Assembly (NCBI GenBank): GCA_030295235.1
Contig: AP026179.1
Coordinates: forward strand, 62,001-126,000
From: Fistulifera solaris
Taxonomy: Eukaryota
DNA length: 64,000 bases
Direction: 5' to 3'
Shown here piece after piece: positions 1-12,000 of the stretch. Position numbers and translations under genes: made by a program. Below the pieces are notes generated by a model that had not been told where the DNA came from, did no database searches, and saw nothing but the letters and a program-made list of their open reading frames with translations. Each line of letters opens with the position of its first letter. The first letter of the stretch is position 1.

Positions 1-546
1 AGGGTTAGTGTCGAACACGTATTTTCTTCTTGGCAAGATACAAAATTTCTGACTTGCTGCTGTACACTGCGAAAGGGTCTAAGTTGTGTCAGGCGAAAGG
101 CTGGAGTTCCGAACTATGGAAGATTCGCAGAGCCGAATCTTGAGTCGACCATGACGTGTGACGTGGTCTTCCCAAGAAGATGACAACTTTATGGAGGAGA
201 CCCATCGACTGATGCCAAATGCCAAATGCCAACCAAAGGAAATACTCCGCATCTTTTAAGCCCTTCCCAGCCATCCGTCCGTTCATTGTACTACGTATGA
301 ATTTGAAACAAATGCTACACATTTCGTCATCCACGGCCACGGCAAACGGCAATCGATAATGTGTGACCGGACATGCCTAGGCAGTACGAAGTACAAGGGT
401 ACGAAGGCGATCGGCCAACTAGCACGAACGAACCAAGAAAGGATTTGAACTCCTCGCCCTCGCCCAAGAAAATGAAATCCAATTGAGGTCACAAAATCGA
501 TTCCTGCGCCAAACTAACACGCAAACTAGCAAAATAAGAAGCAAAC

Positions 547-1005
547 ATGACTTTCAACTCCAAAATCTTGTTCCTCGTTGGCTTGGCTATCTTGGCCATG
601 TCTCAGGCCCGTATCGAAAGTGACTTTGAACGTTCGGCCGTGTCTCGTTTGATTGATAGTTGTGAATTCATTCGTCCTATCATCGGTGACGGGGATGACG
701 ACAGCGAAGATGATAAGAATATCGAGGCAGACGATGGCGACGATGAAGACGATCAAGATGATGGAGATGACAAAGGTGACGACAATGGAGACGGTAATGG
801 TGATGACAATGGAGACGATAATGGTGATGACAACGGAGACGATAATGGTGATGACAATGGAGACGATAACGGTGACGACAATGGCGATGATACCGGTGAC
901 GACAATGGCGAGGATACCGGTGACGACATTGGCGACGATAACGGTGATGACAATGGCGACGATAATGGTGACGACAATGGAGATGATACAGGCGATGATA
1001 ATTAA
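547..1005 (+). CDS. Secreted Asp/Gly/Asn-rich (GDDN)n repeat protein, paralogue A
   Basis: 152-aa ORF. Signal peptide MTFNSKILFLVGLAILAMSQA, then RIESDFERSAVSRLIDSCEFIRP shared with the 1885 gene, then about 17 GDD(N/T/I) tetrapeptides. Confidence 0.85.
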   Translation: MTFNSKILFLVGLAILAMSQARIESDFERSAVSRLIDSCEFIRPIIGDGDDDSEDDKNIEADDGDDEDDQDDGDDKGDDNGDGNGDDNGDDNGDDNGDDNGDDNGDDNGDDNGDDTGDDNGEDTGDDIGDDNGDDNGDDNGDDNGDDTGDDN

Positions 1006-1884
1006 AACAACCGTTTCGCAATGTGAGATAATCTATAGAAGTAGAGTCTAGTTGACAATCCTAAATTGTTCGCATTTTCAACTTGATTTTTCGCTCGAAT
1101 TTTTCAGCGAATCAAAGAAACGATCTTCGCAAAACCTCGTATGAAATGGAACAAGGTTGCATTTTCATCTCTCGAGATCCCTCTCTAGCTATGGAGTCTC
1201 ACAAAAATAATAATGTACGTCGCTCTCGAGAAATCGGTCAGAACGTCAGACGTCGCACATCAGTACTGAGTACAGAGCAGTTTTACTGGTTAAACAAAAA
1301 CTCTTTTTCCTATCATGATGGTAATCCAGTAACTTTGTTGCCCGACAGACATCAAGACATGAAACAAAGACGTTTCCTACGTCCACAGTCGATAGTAAAT
1401 TAAGGATGGCAATTATTTATTACGGAGTATTTGCTTTAGATTAATGATGAATGAAAATCGTTTTATTCTCATAATATAGAAACAATTAAGCCTCTACTCA
1501 AAAAACTCAGTCAGTCCTTTTCCATTTTACATTGGCTTCCTTTCGCTTCATTGAGAATCGCTGGGATCGCTATTGGGTCCAGCCAGTTTACACCGGTATA
1601 AAAAATCAAAAGTTCAATTTGTTTTCTTATTTCCGAAACTTAAATGTCCTACGTCTATACTGTAGGCCCTTAGCGAAAGGAAAAGGCCAATCGATAATCG
1701 ATATCTTTCGACAGCTTCTCGATTTTTAAATAGAAACGAGTGACGCAAGAAATTGGAGCTTTGGAGCGACAAAGATTTCCTTGTCGGTGAGGTTCAGATC
1801 AAGGATAACGCCGCACGTTGTCACAAATTATTGCTTGCTGCAGGACGCTCACATTGTTCACGTCAAACCCAGACAAGTTTGATC

Positions 1885-2112
1885 ATGACTAGTTACTCGA
1901 AGCTTTCCATTCTAATCAGCTTTTTCATCCTTGCTCTGTCGCAAGCTCGTATTGAGGGGGACACTCAGCGTCCCTTGTCCCGCTGGATTCAAAACTGCGA
2001 GTTCATTCGACCGGTGTTTAGTGGTGGGGACGACAGCCAAGATGATAATGGAGACTACAGCGAAGACGACAGTGAAGATGACCGCGCCAACACCACCGGT
2101 GTTACGAACTAA
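1885..2112 (+). CDS. Small secreted acidic protein, paralogue B
   Basis: ATG at 1885. MTSYSKLSILISFFILALSQARIEGDTQRPLSRWIQNCEFIRP aligns with the 547 gene; short Asp/Ser/Glu tail. Confidence 0.75.
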   Translation: MTSYSKLSILISFFILALSQARIEGDTQRPLSRWIQNCEFIRPVFSGGDDSQDDNGDYSEDDSEDDRANTTGVTN

Positions 2113-3801
2113 GCGTCGGTGCCTGTTTTAGGTCAACTAAGGAAATGAAATTGCCAGCAGTTGAGGCTTGGAAGGCTTAAGGTTTGATTGATTCGAGCGA
2201 AACCAGGGATAAATCGTAGTATTTAAGCTCTATAACACAGGCAACGCGTTTTCTCAGCCAAATTAGGCTTCGTTGCTTCAACTAGAGTCTTTCATATTCA
2301 AAGTGATGTGGTTTTGGCTCAAATATCTTCACTCGAACCTGTGATTGTGCTAGCCAAATACCACAATCATTGGGGTAAGACAAGCTTTGATGGAACCTCA
2401 CCTGCGAAATTTTTCATCCTTTTGATAACATTTTTTTGACGTATAATCGCCAAATAACGGTGCCGAGTTGAATGGGTCCCTCTCAAAAGAAAAAAAGAAG
2501 TGTCGGTACCTTCCTTGCATTGGTTTCAAACTCAGTTGCGAAAGGTAGTATCATTGAAAGCTGAGTCACACGTTAAGAGAAGGGGAGTCTACTGTCTTCT
2601 CCATTGACCGAGAGTCAATGGGCGCTCCCAATGATTACAAAAAAATAGAATCGACAATCAAGCGCATCGAGAACCAGGAGGTGGACGACGGAGACGGTAA
2701 CGATTCAGCAGGAAACTTTCGAATGCAATTTGCTTCCGAGAATTTCTGCTAAAACGCTATTTGTCAACGGTAAAGTCTGTTTAAACATAAAGTCTGGTAA
2801 TTTGTTTCACCTTTTCGAGCTGTAACCTTCACTTTCGAATCATCAACACTCATTTGCTAATTGCCATTATTACGCTCAAAACTGCGGCAAAACGACGCCC
2901 GACGCCCGACCGACGCGATCAAGTATATACCGTAAGCCTAAAATCACCTTAGCCTGGCAGCTTTATTGTTTACAAGTACTTGTAAATGAAGCTAGACGCA
3001 AGAGTTATACGTATACGTGACTATAGTGCTCTACCTAAAAATGAGATAACAGATGCTTTCTAAGGTTGGCTGCATTTCAACAACTTTATTACGATGCAGA
3101 GTTCGTTATGTGTACAGCACATTGCAACAGAACGGTTCTGTTGAAGAAAGTAGGTTTTGATTAATCGAGTTTCTCTAGAGTTGACAACATGCGATCAGCC
3201 ACGTGTAACGTAACAAAGTGTGATGCATTTTCATCGAGAGCGACATCAAGTAACCAACGGAAGCAACTCTCTAGTCGGTCGGTGACAACCGTCATAAATG
3301 CACATGATGTTTTGGTTTCCATGGAAAGCACAAGCCTTCGAGGATCGTCCCCGATTCTTGAGTAGCGCGTTGTTTGAAGTACTTGTTTGATTATAGTAGA
3401 TTTCAATCGACCGTATGGAGCAGCTCACCGTATACGACTGACTGTCATGTAGTTAGGGATATCAGTACCGGTGCGCGAGAAACGAACTCCCGCTTTCTTA
3501 TGCATCTAAAATCCCTTTCCACATCGACGAAATAGGAGCTATGATTCCTCTTCCCGCCATGTCGTTCGTGCATTACTTCATACGTGAGTGTTCTCAAACT
3601 CAAATTGATAAATAAGCATTTGAATCTTTGATTCGAGCAACTCGGACTTGCCACAAGATATTTTGAAACCTCCAAATGTGACTCGATCGGTATGTCGTGT
3701 CAGATCCAACCACAAAAGGAAGAGCTTGTTTGCAAGAGTTGCTCATAAATTCTTTGTTCGCAAAAAGCAAATCAGACGCACACTAAGTATCCTTGACAAT
3801 C

Positions 3802-4668
3802 ATGACGGCCTTTCCCAAGCTTTCCATCTGTCTCGTTAGCATGGCTTTCCTCGCCACCGCCCAGGCTCGCCTGCAGGGTGAATTCGAGCATCCTTTTTCG
3901 CGTTGGGCGCTTCTTAAACTTCGCATCGGTAGTGATGAAAACAAGTTGCTTGATGTGAACATTGGGGGCGACGACAAGCTTCTAGACATCCAGGTCGGCG
4001 ATGATGAAGATACGATTCTTGAGGTTGGCGTTGGTGGCGACCATGAACTCGTCAATGCCGAGATCGGTGACGACGAAGACAAACTCTTGGATGTTGAAGT
4101 CGGCGGCGACCATGAACTCGTCAATGCCGAGGTCGGTGACGACGAAGACAAACTCTTGGATGTTGAAGTCGGCGGCGACCATGAACTCGTCAATGCCGAG
4201 GTCGGTGACGACGAAGACAAACTCTTGGATGTTGAAGTCGGCGGCGACCATGAACTCATCAATGCCGAGGTCGGTGACGACGAAGACAAACTCTTGGATG
4301 TTGAAGTCGGCGGCGACCATGAACTCATCAATGCCGAGGTCGGTGACGACGAAGACAAACTCTTGGATGTTGAAGTCGGCGGCGACCATGAACTCGTCAA
4401 TGCCGAGGTCGGTGACGACGAAGACAAACTCTTGGATGTTGAAGTCGGCGGCGACCATGAACTCGTCAATGCCGAGGTCGGTGACGACGAAGACAAACTC
4501 TTGGACGTTGAAGTCGGCGGCGACCATGAACTCGTCAATGCCGAGGTCGGTGACGACGAAGACAAACTCTTGGATGTTGAAGTCGGCGGCGACCATGAGC
4601 TCGTCAATGCTGAGGTAGGCGATGACGAAGACAAAATCTTGGATGTTGAAGTCGGCGGCGAACATTGA
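3802..4668 (+). CDS. Secreted acidic 23-aa tandem-repeat protein, paralogue C
   Basis: ATG at 3802. Signal peptide ending AQA, then RLQGEFEHPFSRW, then about 9 copies of GDDEDKLLDVEVGGDHELVNAEV. The true stop may be 4727 (see findings). Confidence 0.85.
   Translation: MTAFPKLSICLVSMAFLATAQARLQGEFEHPFSRWALLKLRIGSDENKLLDVNIGGDDKLLDIQVGDDEDTILEVGVGGDHELVNAEIGDDEDKLLDVEVGGDHELVNAEVGDDEDKLLDVEVGGDHELVNAEVGDDEDKLLDVEVGGDHELINAEVGDDEDKLLDVEVGGDHELINAEVGDDEDKLLDVEVGGDHELVNAEVGDDEDKLLDVEVGGDHELVNAEVGDDEDKLLDVEVGGDHELVNAEVGDDEDKLLDVEVGGDHELVNAEVGDDEDKILDVEVGGEH
4033..4660 (+). repeat. 69-bp near-perfect coding tandem repeat, about 9 copies
   Basis: Unit gacgaagacaaactcttggatgttgaagtcggcggcgaccatgaactcgtcaatgccgaggtcggtgac repeated head to tail. 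Confidence 0.95.
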
Positions 4669-5271
4669 AGCAACAGGGGAAGCTGCTCGACATGCTTCGT
4701 AGGTTGTTGCTTAGATTAAATAAATAGGACCATTCTTTCGTAGAGCATCTGTATTTTCTCATTCTTTTGAACTCATGCCAGTCTCTCTTGCAAGACTTCG
4801 GTTGATTGTCGTTGTTAGATGCACTTTGTCTCAAGATATCTTGAGGGAGCGAGCGGCTTGTTATCGTACAATTATCGTTCACACAGCGCTGATTTTCTCC
4901 ATCCTTCGCGGCCAGCTTCGATAAATCAGAATGAACGTTTTCTCTCTCTTGTTGTTGCAATCGAGGTTCAAGCAATAGTACAAAGTTGCGATCCTACGAA
5001 CCAGAAATGATGTCAAGAGATGGAGTCCTCAGGTATACCCTATGAGGATTCAATTTGAATGAACATGTTTATTTTATTACGGAGTACTCCTTATTTTTCG
5101 TCAAAGGCGAAAGTAGTGCGGCGAAGACGGTAAATGTACAGACGAATGAGGTAACTCCGGGTTTTCTTTGCTTAGCAACGAAAAACAAAAAATTGTCGCC
5201 GCTTTCCTTCCTTCATATTCTTTCTTACTTCCTTCATACTTCTTTCCTTCTTTCCTTCTCTCTCTGTTATC

Positions 5272-6413
5272 ATGCTCTATTATTACTCTTCTTCTCTGTG
5301 GTTTACCGCCATGATACCGTTGGCGGTCTTGTATTCGGTGACGTGCAACGGACTGTGGCGACCGCCGACGAAAATGCCGCTGACGACTTCTATACCAGCC
5401 AAAGGCCTCGCCATTGTCACGGGCGCCAATACGGGGATTGGATTCGAAGCGGCACGCGCGTTGGCTAGGGAATATCAAGTCATTTTGGCTTGTCGTTCTT
5501 TGGAAAAAGGACAAGCGGCCGTCCAAGCGATTGTCCACGAATTTCCACAAGCCCGTGTCCGTGCGATGCCACTCGATTTGACAAAACGGGAATCCATTCG
5601 TTCCTTTGCACAATCATTCAATCAAGACTCTATTGCCATTTTGATCAACAATGCGGGACGCAATACGGATCCTCCATCGGAACACAACAATATACTCTTT
5701 CAAACCAATTTTGTTGGTCATTTTGATTTGACACAACAATTGATGCCGGCCTTTCAAGCGAATGCTCGGTTGGTACAAGTCTCTTCCGTCATGCATCATT
5801 TTGCACCTTACGAAGAACAGTGGACCGATCCGCAGTTTTGGAAACAAGTGGCGGGAGCGTCCCCGATGAGGGATCGTTATTCCTTATCCAAACTCGCGGC
5901 CATTCTCTTTTCCGTCCAACTGAATCGACTGTATGGACACCACTTGCGATCGATTGCGTTGAATCCGGGGGCCGTGTAAGTACATAGACTGTGTGTGTCA
6001 ATATACACTTGATTCGTCGTCTGAACACACGTTCTCTTTCTCTCTCTTCCAGCAATTCGGAGATTTGGAGAGACTTTCCTATATGGATTCGGAAACTCTT
6101 TGCTTATATCTATTTAACGCCCCGACAAGCGGCCCAGACGTTGGTGGCCGCGGCTGTGGGGGAATTTACGCAACAGGACAAGTTGTATCTGCAACCCTAT
6201 CAACAACCATGGTCGGGTGTTCCGTTTCCGGCTTGGGAAATGTTGGGACCCTTTGTGGGACATGTGGTGACTCCGCCACGGTTGCGGCACGATTATCGCG
6301 AGGCGGCAGAGGCCTTGTGGACGGCCATGGAGGAACTGTTGCGTGGAGAAGAACAAAAGGAAGTGGTTGAAGATGATTCTTCTTCCTCGATAGATGCAGG
6401 TAGTGAGTTATAA
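5272..6413 (+). CDS. Short-chain dehydrogenase/reductase (retinol dehydrogenase/WWOX-like), 2 exons
   Basis: TGANTGIG, LACRS, INNAG and YSLSK motifs. Intron 5976-6052 (GTAAG...AG) joins NPGAV to NSEIWR. Confidence 0.9.
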
Positions 6414-6942
6414 TGTGAATGGGGTAGCAAAAATAGCCGAACTATTCATTTTCTACTCCAATACGAGGTTTCAGCGCACCGGTACCCACTGCGCGTCGGC
6501 GAGCTCTTCTCCGAACGATGCTTTCGGATTTATCAGAAACGTCGGTACTCTAGAGAGTTTGACATTTCCAAAAATGGTACTCGGGTAGAACACTATAGTC
6601 GATAAGCGCAAACCCGCATCGCTGTTTGTTTATGGTAGAAACAAGATTACTTAGGAAGCGAGCGCCGGTCGATCTCGCTTACTGATTTCACTCCAATAAC
6701 TTCGGACCCTTTTTCCTCTTTTTTTGCTTTATGTGTTGCAACGTTGCAACGTTGTTGCTGCAATTGTTCATGTATTCTAAATAGGTCTGAGCGAACGTTC
6801 GAGTCTTCAGAACAATCATAAAAGCCGCAAAAAAGATAGAAAGAACTAAGGAATGCCATTATCATACGGTTGAATAGAACAACAACACCACAAGAGCAAT
6901 CATCATCACATTCGAAACGACTGATAAAAGGAAGGATCGATC

Positions 6943-8130
6943 ATGGGAAATTCAACGTCGGCTACGTGTACACACCCATTCGGAAATGTTCGAAAGAAAC
7001 AAACAGATCGCGGTGGTTCCCAGGACCTCAATATTCAATGTGCTGTCTCCGAAATGAAAGGCTATCGACTGACCATGGAAGATACTCACATTCACGCCGT
7101 AGGGCACATCCCGGTCCGTGGAGCAAGCATACTCACCGATCATTCCTTATTTGGAGTCTTTGATGGTCACGGAGGGGATTTTACGTCCCAATTTTTGGCG
7201 GCTAATTTTATGGGTATCTTTTCACGGCAAGAAGAATTGATGGAATATCTGGATTTACCGGAAACCGGTGACAAGAGTCGGGGCGATGTCAATGGTCTGG
7301 AATTGTTACAAGCCGCTTTAACAAACACATTTTTTGAATTGGATGAGCAATTACGACCTTTGCAAGAAGAACGCACGGAAGGATTGCGGAATGGCACACT
7401 CCAAGTGTCCGTTTTGAATCATGATGATTTCTCGTCTCCAACGAAACACAATAAGGAAGAAAAATCCGGATCCACCGCCGTGATTGTACTCGTGACGCCC
7501 TCTCACATTCTGTGTGCCAATACGGGCGATTCGCGAGCCATACTGCGCCGGAGTGGCCAAACACTCCCACTCAGCATGGATCACAAACCATCGGAACTTC
7601 CCGAACGACTGAGGATTCACGAATGGAGTGGCTTTGTGAAAGGCAAACGCGTCAATGGGGATTTGTCGGTGAGTCGAGCCTTTGGGGATTTTGTCTACAA
7701 GGACAATGGGGATCCGTTAGGTCAATACACGAGTCGACGACTTGCGTCGCAACAAAAAGTCATAGTGACGCCAGATTTCATGGTGTATCCACGCAACGAC
7801 GCCCAAGATGAATTCATTTTACTAGCATGCGACGGGGTATGGGATGTGGTGAGCAATCAGCAATTATCGGAGTTTGTATGTAGGATGATAGCGGACGGTG
7901 AAGTTGATTTGGGGAATATTTGTGAAGAGTGCCTCGACACGTGTTTGGATCGTCAAAGTCGGGACAACATGACGATAATGTTGGTCAGTTTACCGGGAAT
8001 TCCAATGGACCATAGCTCCTCTGCTGCGCTGAACAATGCAATATGGGGGACAAGAACAGCACGTCAGGCGAGGCATATGTTTGCCACCCCTTGCACGTCA
8101 CGGAGTCTATCTCAATCCGTGGAAGTGTAA
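6943..8130 (+). CDS. Protein phosphatase 2C (PPM family)
   Basis: MED, GVFDGHGG, GSTA, ANTGDSRA, DHKP, SRAFGD, LACDGVWD and DNMT motifs. MGNSTS is a possible N-myristoylation site. Confidence 0.95.
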   Translation: MGNSTSATCTHPFGNVRKKQTDRGGSQDLNIQCAVSEMKGYRLTMEDTHIHAVGHIPVRGASILTDHSLFGVFDGHGGDFTSQFLAANFMGIFSRQEELMEYLDLPETGDKSRGDVNGLELLQAALTNTFFELDEQLRPLQEERTEGLRNGTLQVSVLNHDDFSSPTKHNKEEKSGSTAVIVLVTPSHILCANTGDSRAILRRSGQTLPLSMDHKPSELPERLRIHEWSGFVKGKRVNGDLSVSRAFGDFVYKDNGDPLGQYTSRRLASQQKVIVTPDFMVYPRNDAQDEFILLACDGVWDVVSNQQLSEFVCRMIADGEVDLGNICEECLDTCLDRQSRDNMTIMLVSLPGIPMDHSSSAALNNAIWGTRTARQARHMFATPCTSRSLSQSVEV

Positions 8131-9029
8131 ACTAGTTACTTTTATTATTTGGAGACACTACTAGGTTGTTACGTTCCGAAAACGACAATTTCGAGGTCAG
8201 AGACAGTCGACGACAAGTTCAGATGATTTGACAGCGTCGCCACGTTCATCTCGTCCTCAAGGAGGGGGAGACAGAACTGCCGTTTCTCGCGCCGAATGTA
8301 AACCTCTAGTTTCTTTATTTTCAACCAAACTAAACAGGGGTACGATGATTATTGGTTTGGAAGGAGTGTCATTTATACAATCAGACCGTAGCTCCGTTTT
8401 AAAACGAAACATTTTATCGGATGAACCTTAGTTTGAGTGACACGAACGCGCGACTGCTCCTCTACACGACTGACTTCCATGGACTCACACGACTTGCGCC
8501 GGAAAAGTCCTCACGTGGCATCGAAAAATTTGTTACAGTGCCGAAAGCCTATAGTACAACTATTTGAATCGGAGTCGATTTCTTTGTTTAAGCAAAGAAA
8601 CGCCAGTCATGTCCGTTGACTATTCAACCGCAATAAAAATTGGCCGGCGCGTTTCTATGTATAGTACATCCCCAGCTCTTTTGTCGTTTGACTGTCGATA
8701 CGATAGTTGCAGGAGCCAGAAGAATCACCGGCACAGTACTAGTACGAAAGCAGGATACGAAAGAAGCGCAATCCTCCGCCGCGATCGAGCACCTCGATCG
8801 ACCGCAACAAAATACAATCGAACGCTATTCATTCGGTGGATTGGTTGTTCTCTCTCTCTTGGATGAAGGCAATCTAAGGATCGCAAGTTACTTCCTCTTT
8901 CGTTAAATAATCGAGTGACGAAGACACAGCAGCCTCAGAAAGCCGAGGCAATAAGAAAAGGTCACCGAAAGACGACAATATATTATTTGATTTTCTTTTT
9001 ATTTTGCTTGACCCTATTTTTGAAGAAGC

Positions 9030-12000
9030 ATGAGAAAAGCGGTCGCCCAAGTCGCTTCCAAAGCACGGGGAAATAATACTGCTAACAACAAGCGGAATCG
9101 AGATGATACTGCTTCTTCGAGATCCATTTCACCTTCCAAGAGAGCGATTTCACCTCCGAAACGAGGCAAGGAAGTATCATCAACGGTCAAATCACATACG
9201 CAGATGACTCCCGATGAAGCCGCTCTTGCCGCGAAAAACTATCGTTTGGCGAAAGAATTGGTAAGAATGAGAGAGAGAGAGAGAGAGAGCGACAGAAAGC
9301 GCCATTTCTATTTGCCGAGCTTCTATTTTTCAAAAAAGTACTGACGATGATTTTTCTGTCTGCTTTTCTTGTTGCAGAGTGAATTGCGAGTACGTCATCG
9401 AGAAGAAAGTAAAACCGTGACCAAATTGACGATGGAGAATGTACGTAAATGTTATTTGACAATCCTAATACGTTCGCACTCTCGTTTTTTTTCACTCATA
9501 TCCTACGTGTTTGGCAGATGACGTTGGCCTCCAAATGTCGGGAAGTTATGCAACAAGCCGCCCTCTATAAGCAACAATTGGATCAACAAAAAGCAACTAT
9601 GGCCAATTGGCAGCGTCAGAATTCGGAGATTAAAGTAGAGTCGTCTCCGGTATTGGTGTCGTCGGATGATTTTGAAGAACGCGACTTTTCGACCGAGTCG
9701 GAAATAACACCGACTCCTTTGCTCGTCAGTCCATCGAAAGCAAAAGTCCATTGCGAGAATCGCCTCTCTCGCATCGGTTCTTTCCGCCATCCACTTCCCC
9801 GAAAGAACAGCGAAAAACAGCCTACAATGAAGAATTTCCCGGTGACATTATTACGCCCAAAGTAACCTCACGTCGTTCGAATTTTCACAAAATGGGTCGT
9901 TTCGAGGAACTCGAATGTGAAGATGATATCGAGTTGTGGGAGGCACCAAAGGATGATTCCAGACACCGTGATGCGCCGGGGTTGGAAAAGAAGGAACAAA
10001 GTCAACGCGATATGAGTAGTTTGGACGCGTTTGAGGCATCCTTCCAGACGGATTTTGCACGTAGCTTTTCATCCAGTGACAATGTCCCTCCGAGCCATGA
10101 AATTTATGATCCGTTTTCGAATAGTCCAGTGAAAATCAATCTTAGTGCCGCGACACCGATCATCGAAAAGCCCTACGAAGCCGAACCGCGTTCGCCTTCA
10201 CGGGGTGCCTTTGCCAGTGATCCACCCGGGGTTGATAAAACATCCACGCGCCCGAATGGTCCCTTGTCTAACGAGTCGAAAAGCAAAGTGATTCCGCCTC
10301 CTCCTCCGCCTCGCGCCAAGACGGGTGGAAAGAACCATAAATCATCGGGTAGTTCCGTGTCGTCCACCCGGTCGACGCCGTCCGAACTCCAGTCCGTTGC
10401 TGCAGAAACTGCATCCAGGATAGCCAATACCTCATCCAAGCAAAGCCAGTCAACTACGGTACCAAGAGTTGCAAAATCCATGCTGTTGGAACAATCTGTC
10501 GCTTCACCCCAATCGGTTTCTCAATCAAGTACAGCAGATAGTGTTTCCAAGAGCAAAGTCCCGGCTACTTCTCCAAAGCATAGTCAACCAGCTACGGTAC
10601 CCGAAGTGACGAAGTCAGGGCTATTTGAACAGGCCGTCGCATTGCTCGAGTCGGGCGGTGTAGCACCTCCGGCAGGAATGGCCTCCAACGACAAAGCACC
10701 AGTTGTATCACCAAAGCAGAGTCAAGCAGCGCCGTTACCTAAAGTGACGAAGCCAGCAGAACAGGCAGCTCCAGCAGATAGTGTATCCAATATCAAGGTT
10801 TCTGTAAAATCACCAAAACAGAATGAATCAGCTTCGGTATCAAAAGTGGCGAACCCAGTGCTATCAGAGCATCCTGCTGCATCTCGTGAGTCGGGCGGTT
10901 TGGTATCTCCGGTAAACAACGTTTCAAAGAAGAAAGTGGGCTCGGCATCAAAATCCATTTCACCAGTTCTGTCGGAAGAACCCAGGAATATTGCAAATAA
11001 AATATCATTGGCAGAGCAAGTTCTGACGGTACAGTCAAAAGCGGCTTTGCTCTTGTCGACTCCTGAATTGCCAAAAATGGATGACTCGTCAAAAGGTAAT
11101 TCGACAAATAGTGAATCGACTCCCAAGTCACCGAAAAGTTATGACAAAGCTGAAAAGGGAAAAGGGAAGTCTGTTTCGCCGCGAGAATCCCCGAAAAGGG
11201 ACAAGCCTACTGTGCCGGCGCAACGACCAACAAATTCGACTCCTGGATCAATAAAAGACGACGAGAGGGCTACTGTGGGACAGACGAAAATCGTTTCTTC
11301 TACAGAGAAGCCAATGGAGTCGTCGATTGTCAACAAAGAGTCAGTAAGAAACACTTTATCGAAGTCGCCCACATCTGATAACCAAGCCGAGGTGAAAACA
11401 AAGGAGGTGAATTCACCCCTTCATGTGCCGGCTATCGCATTACCAGACGTAGACATTACATCGGGTATTGGGTTGATTTCATCTGAGTCGCAAGTTAATT
11501 CAAAAGAAAAGCATGGTGCATCGGGAGCTAGTTCGACAGATGCATTACAGGCCGATATGATGTCATCGTCTAAAGACTCTGAAAGTAATTTGAAGCATGC
11601 TCAATATCAAGGAAATACAGAATTGGCGGAATCAGCGCAGTTCTTGTTGCAACCTGTGAAGTCCTTGGTGACCGAGGCCGCATCATCGACTCCACTTTTG
11701 AAAGATGTTACGCTTGCCGAATCTCCAACCGCGATGACGAATCATAGAGCGACTAATGCCCTGGCACCTAAAACAGTGGTCTTAGACCAAGCAACTGTAT
11801 CGACTTCAACGACTGAAAAGCCGTCTTCTTTCGACAACTCCCAGCGTGAAACATCATCGGTTTCTTCTATGGCTGGATCGTATGTGAGCCCTAGCCCGTC
11901 GGGGCAACGCACTGCAAGAGTGACTCCATCTCCAGTGCTTACTTCGTTCGCGAAACACATCCAACAAACGGAATTACATCGCAAGGAGTTTGAGACTTCC

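Noticed and set aside
1..540. Short ORFs at the window start
   Set aside because: No recognisable motif; treated as intergenic.
653..1051. Alternative-frame and antisense ORFs over the GDDN repeat (His/Arg/Cys-rich, SSPL repeats)
   Set aside because: These are shadows of the repeat. Only the 547 frame has a signal peptide and paralogues.
2150..3780. Small ORFs or possible decayed element between paralogues B and C
   Set aside because: No terminal repeats, TSD or recognisable domain found by eye.
4033..4660. CRISPR-like regular repeat
   Set aside because: Head-to-tail 69-bp units with no unique spacers, in frame in a secreted ORF, with no cas genes nearby.
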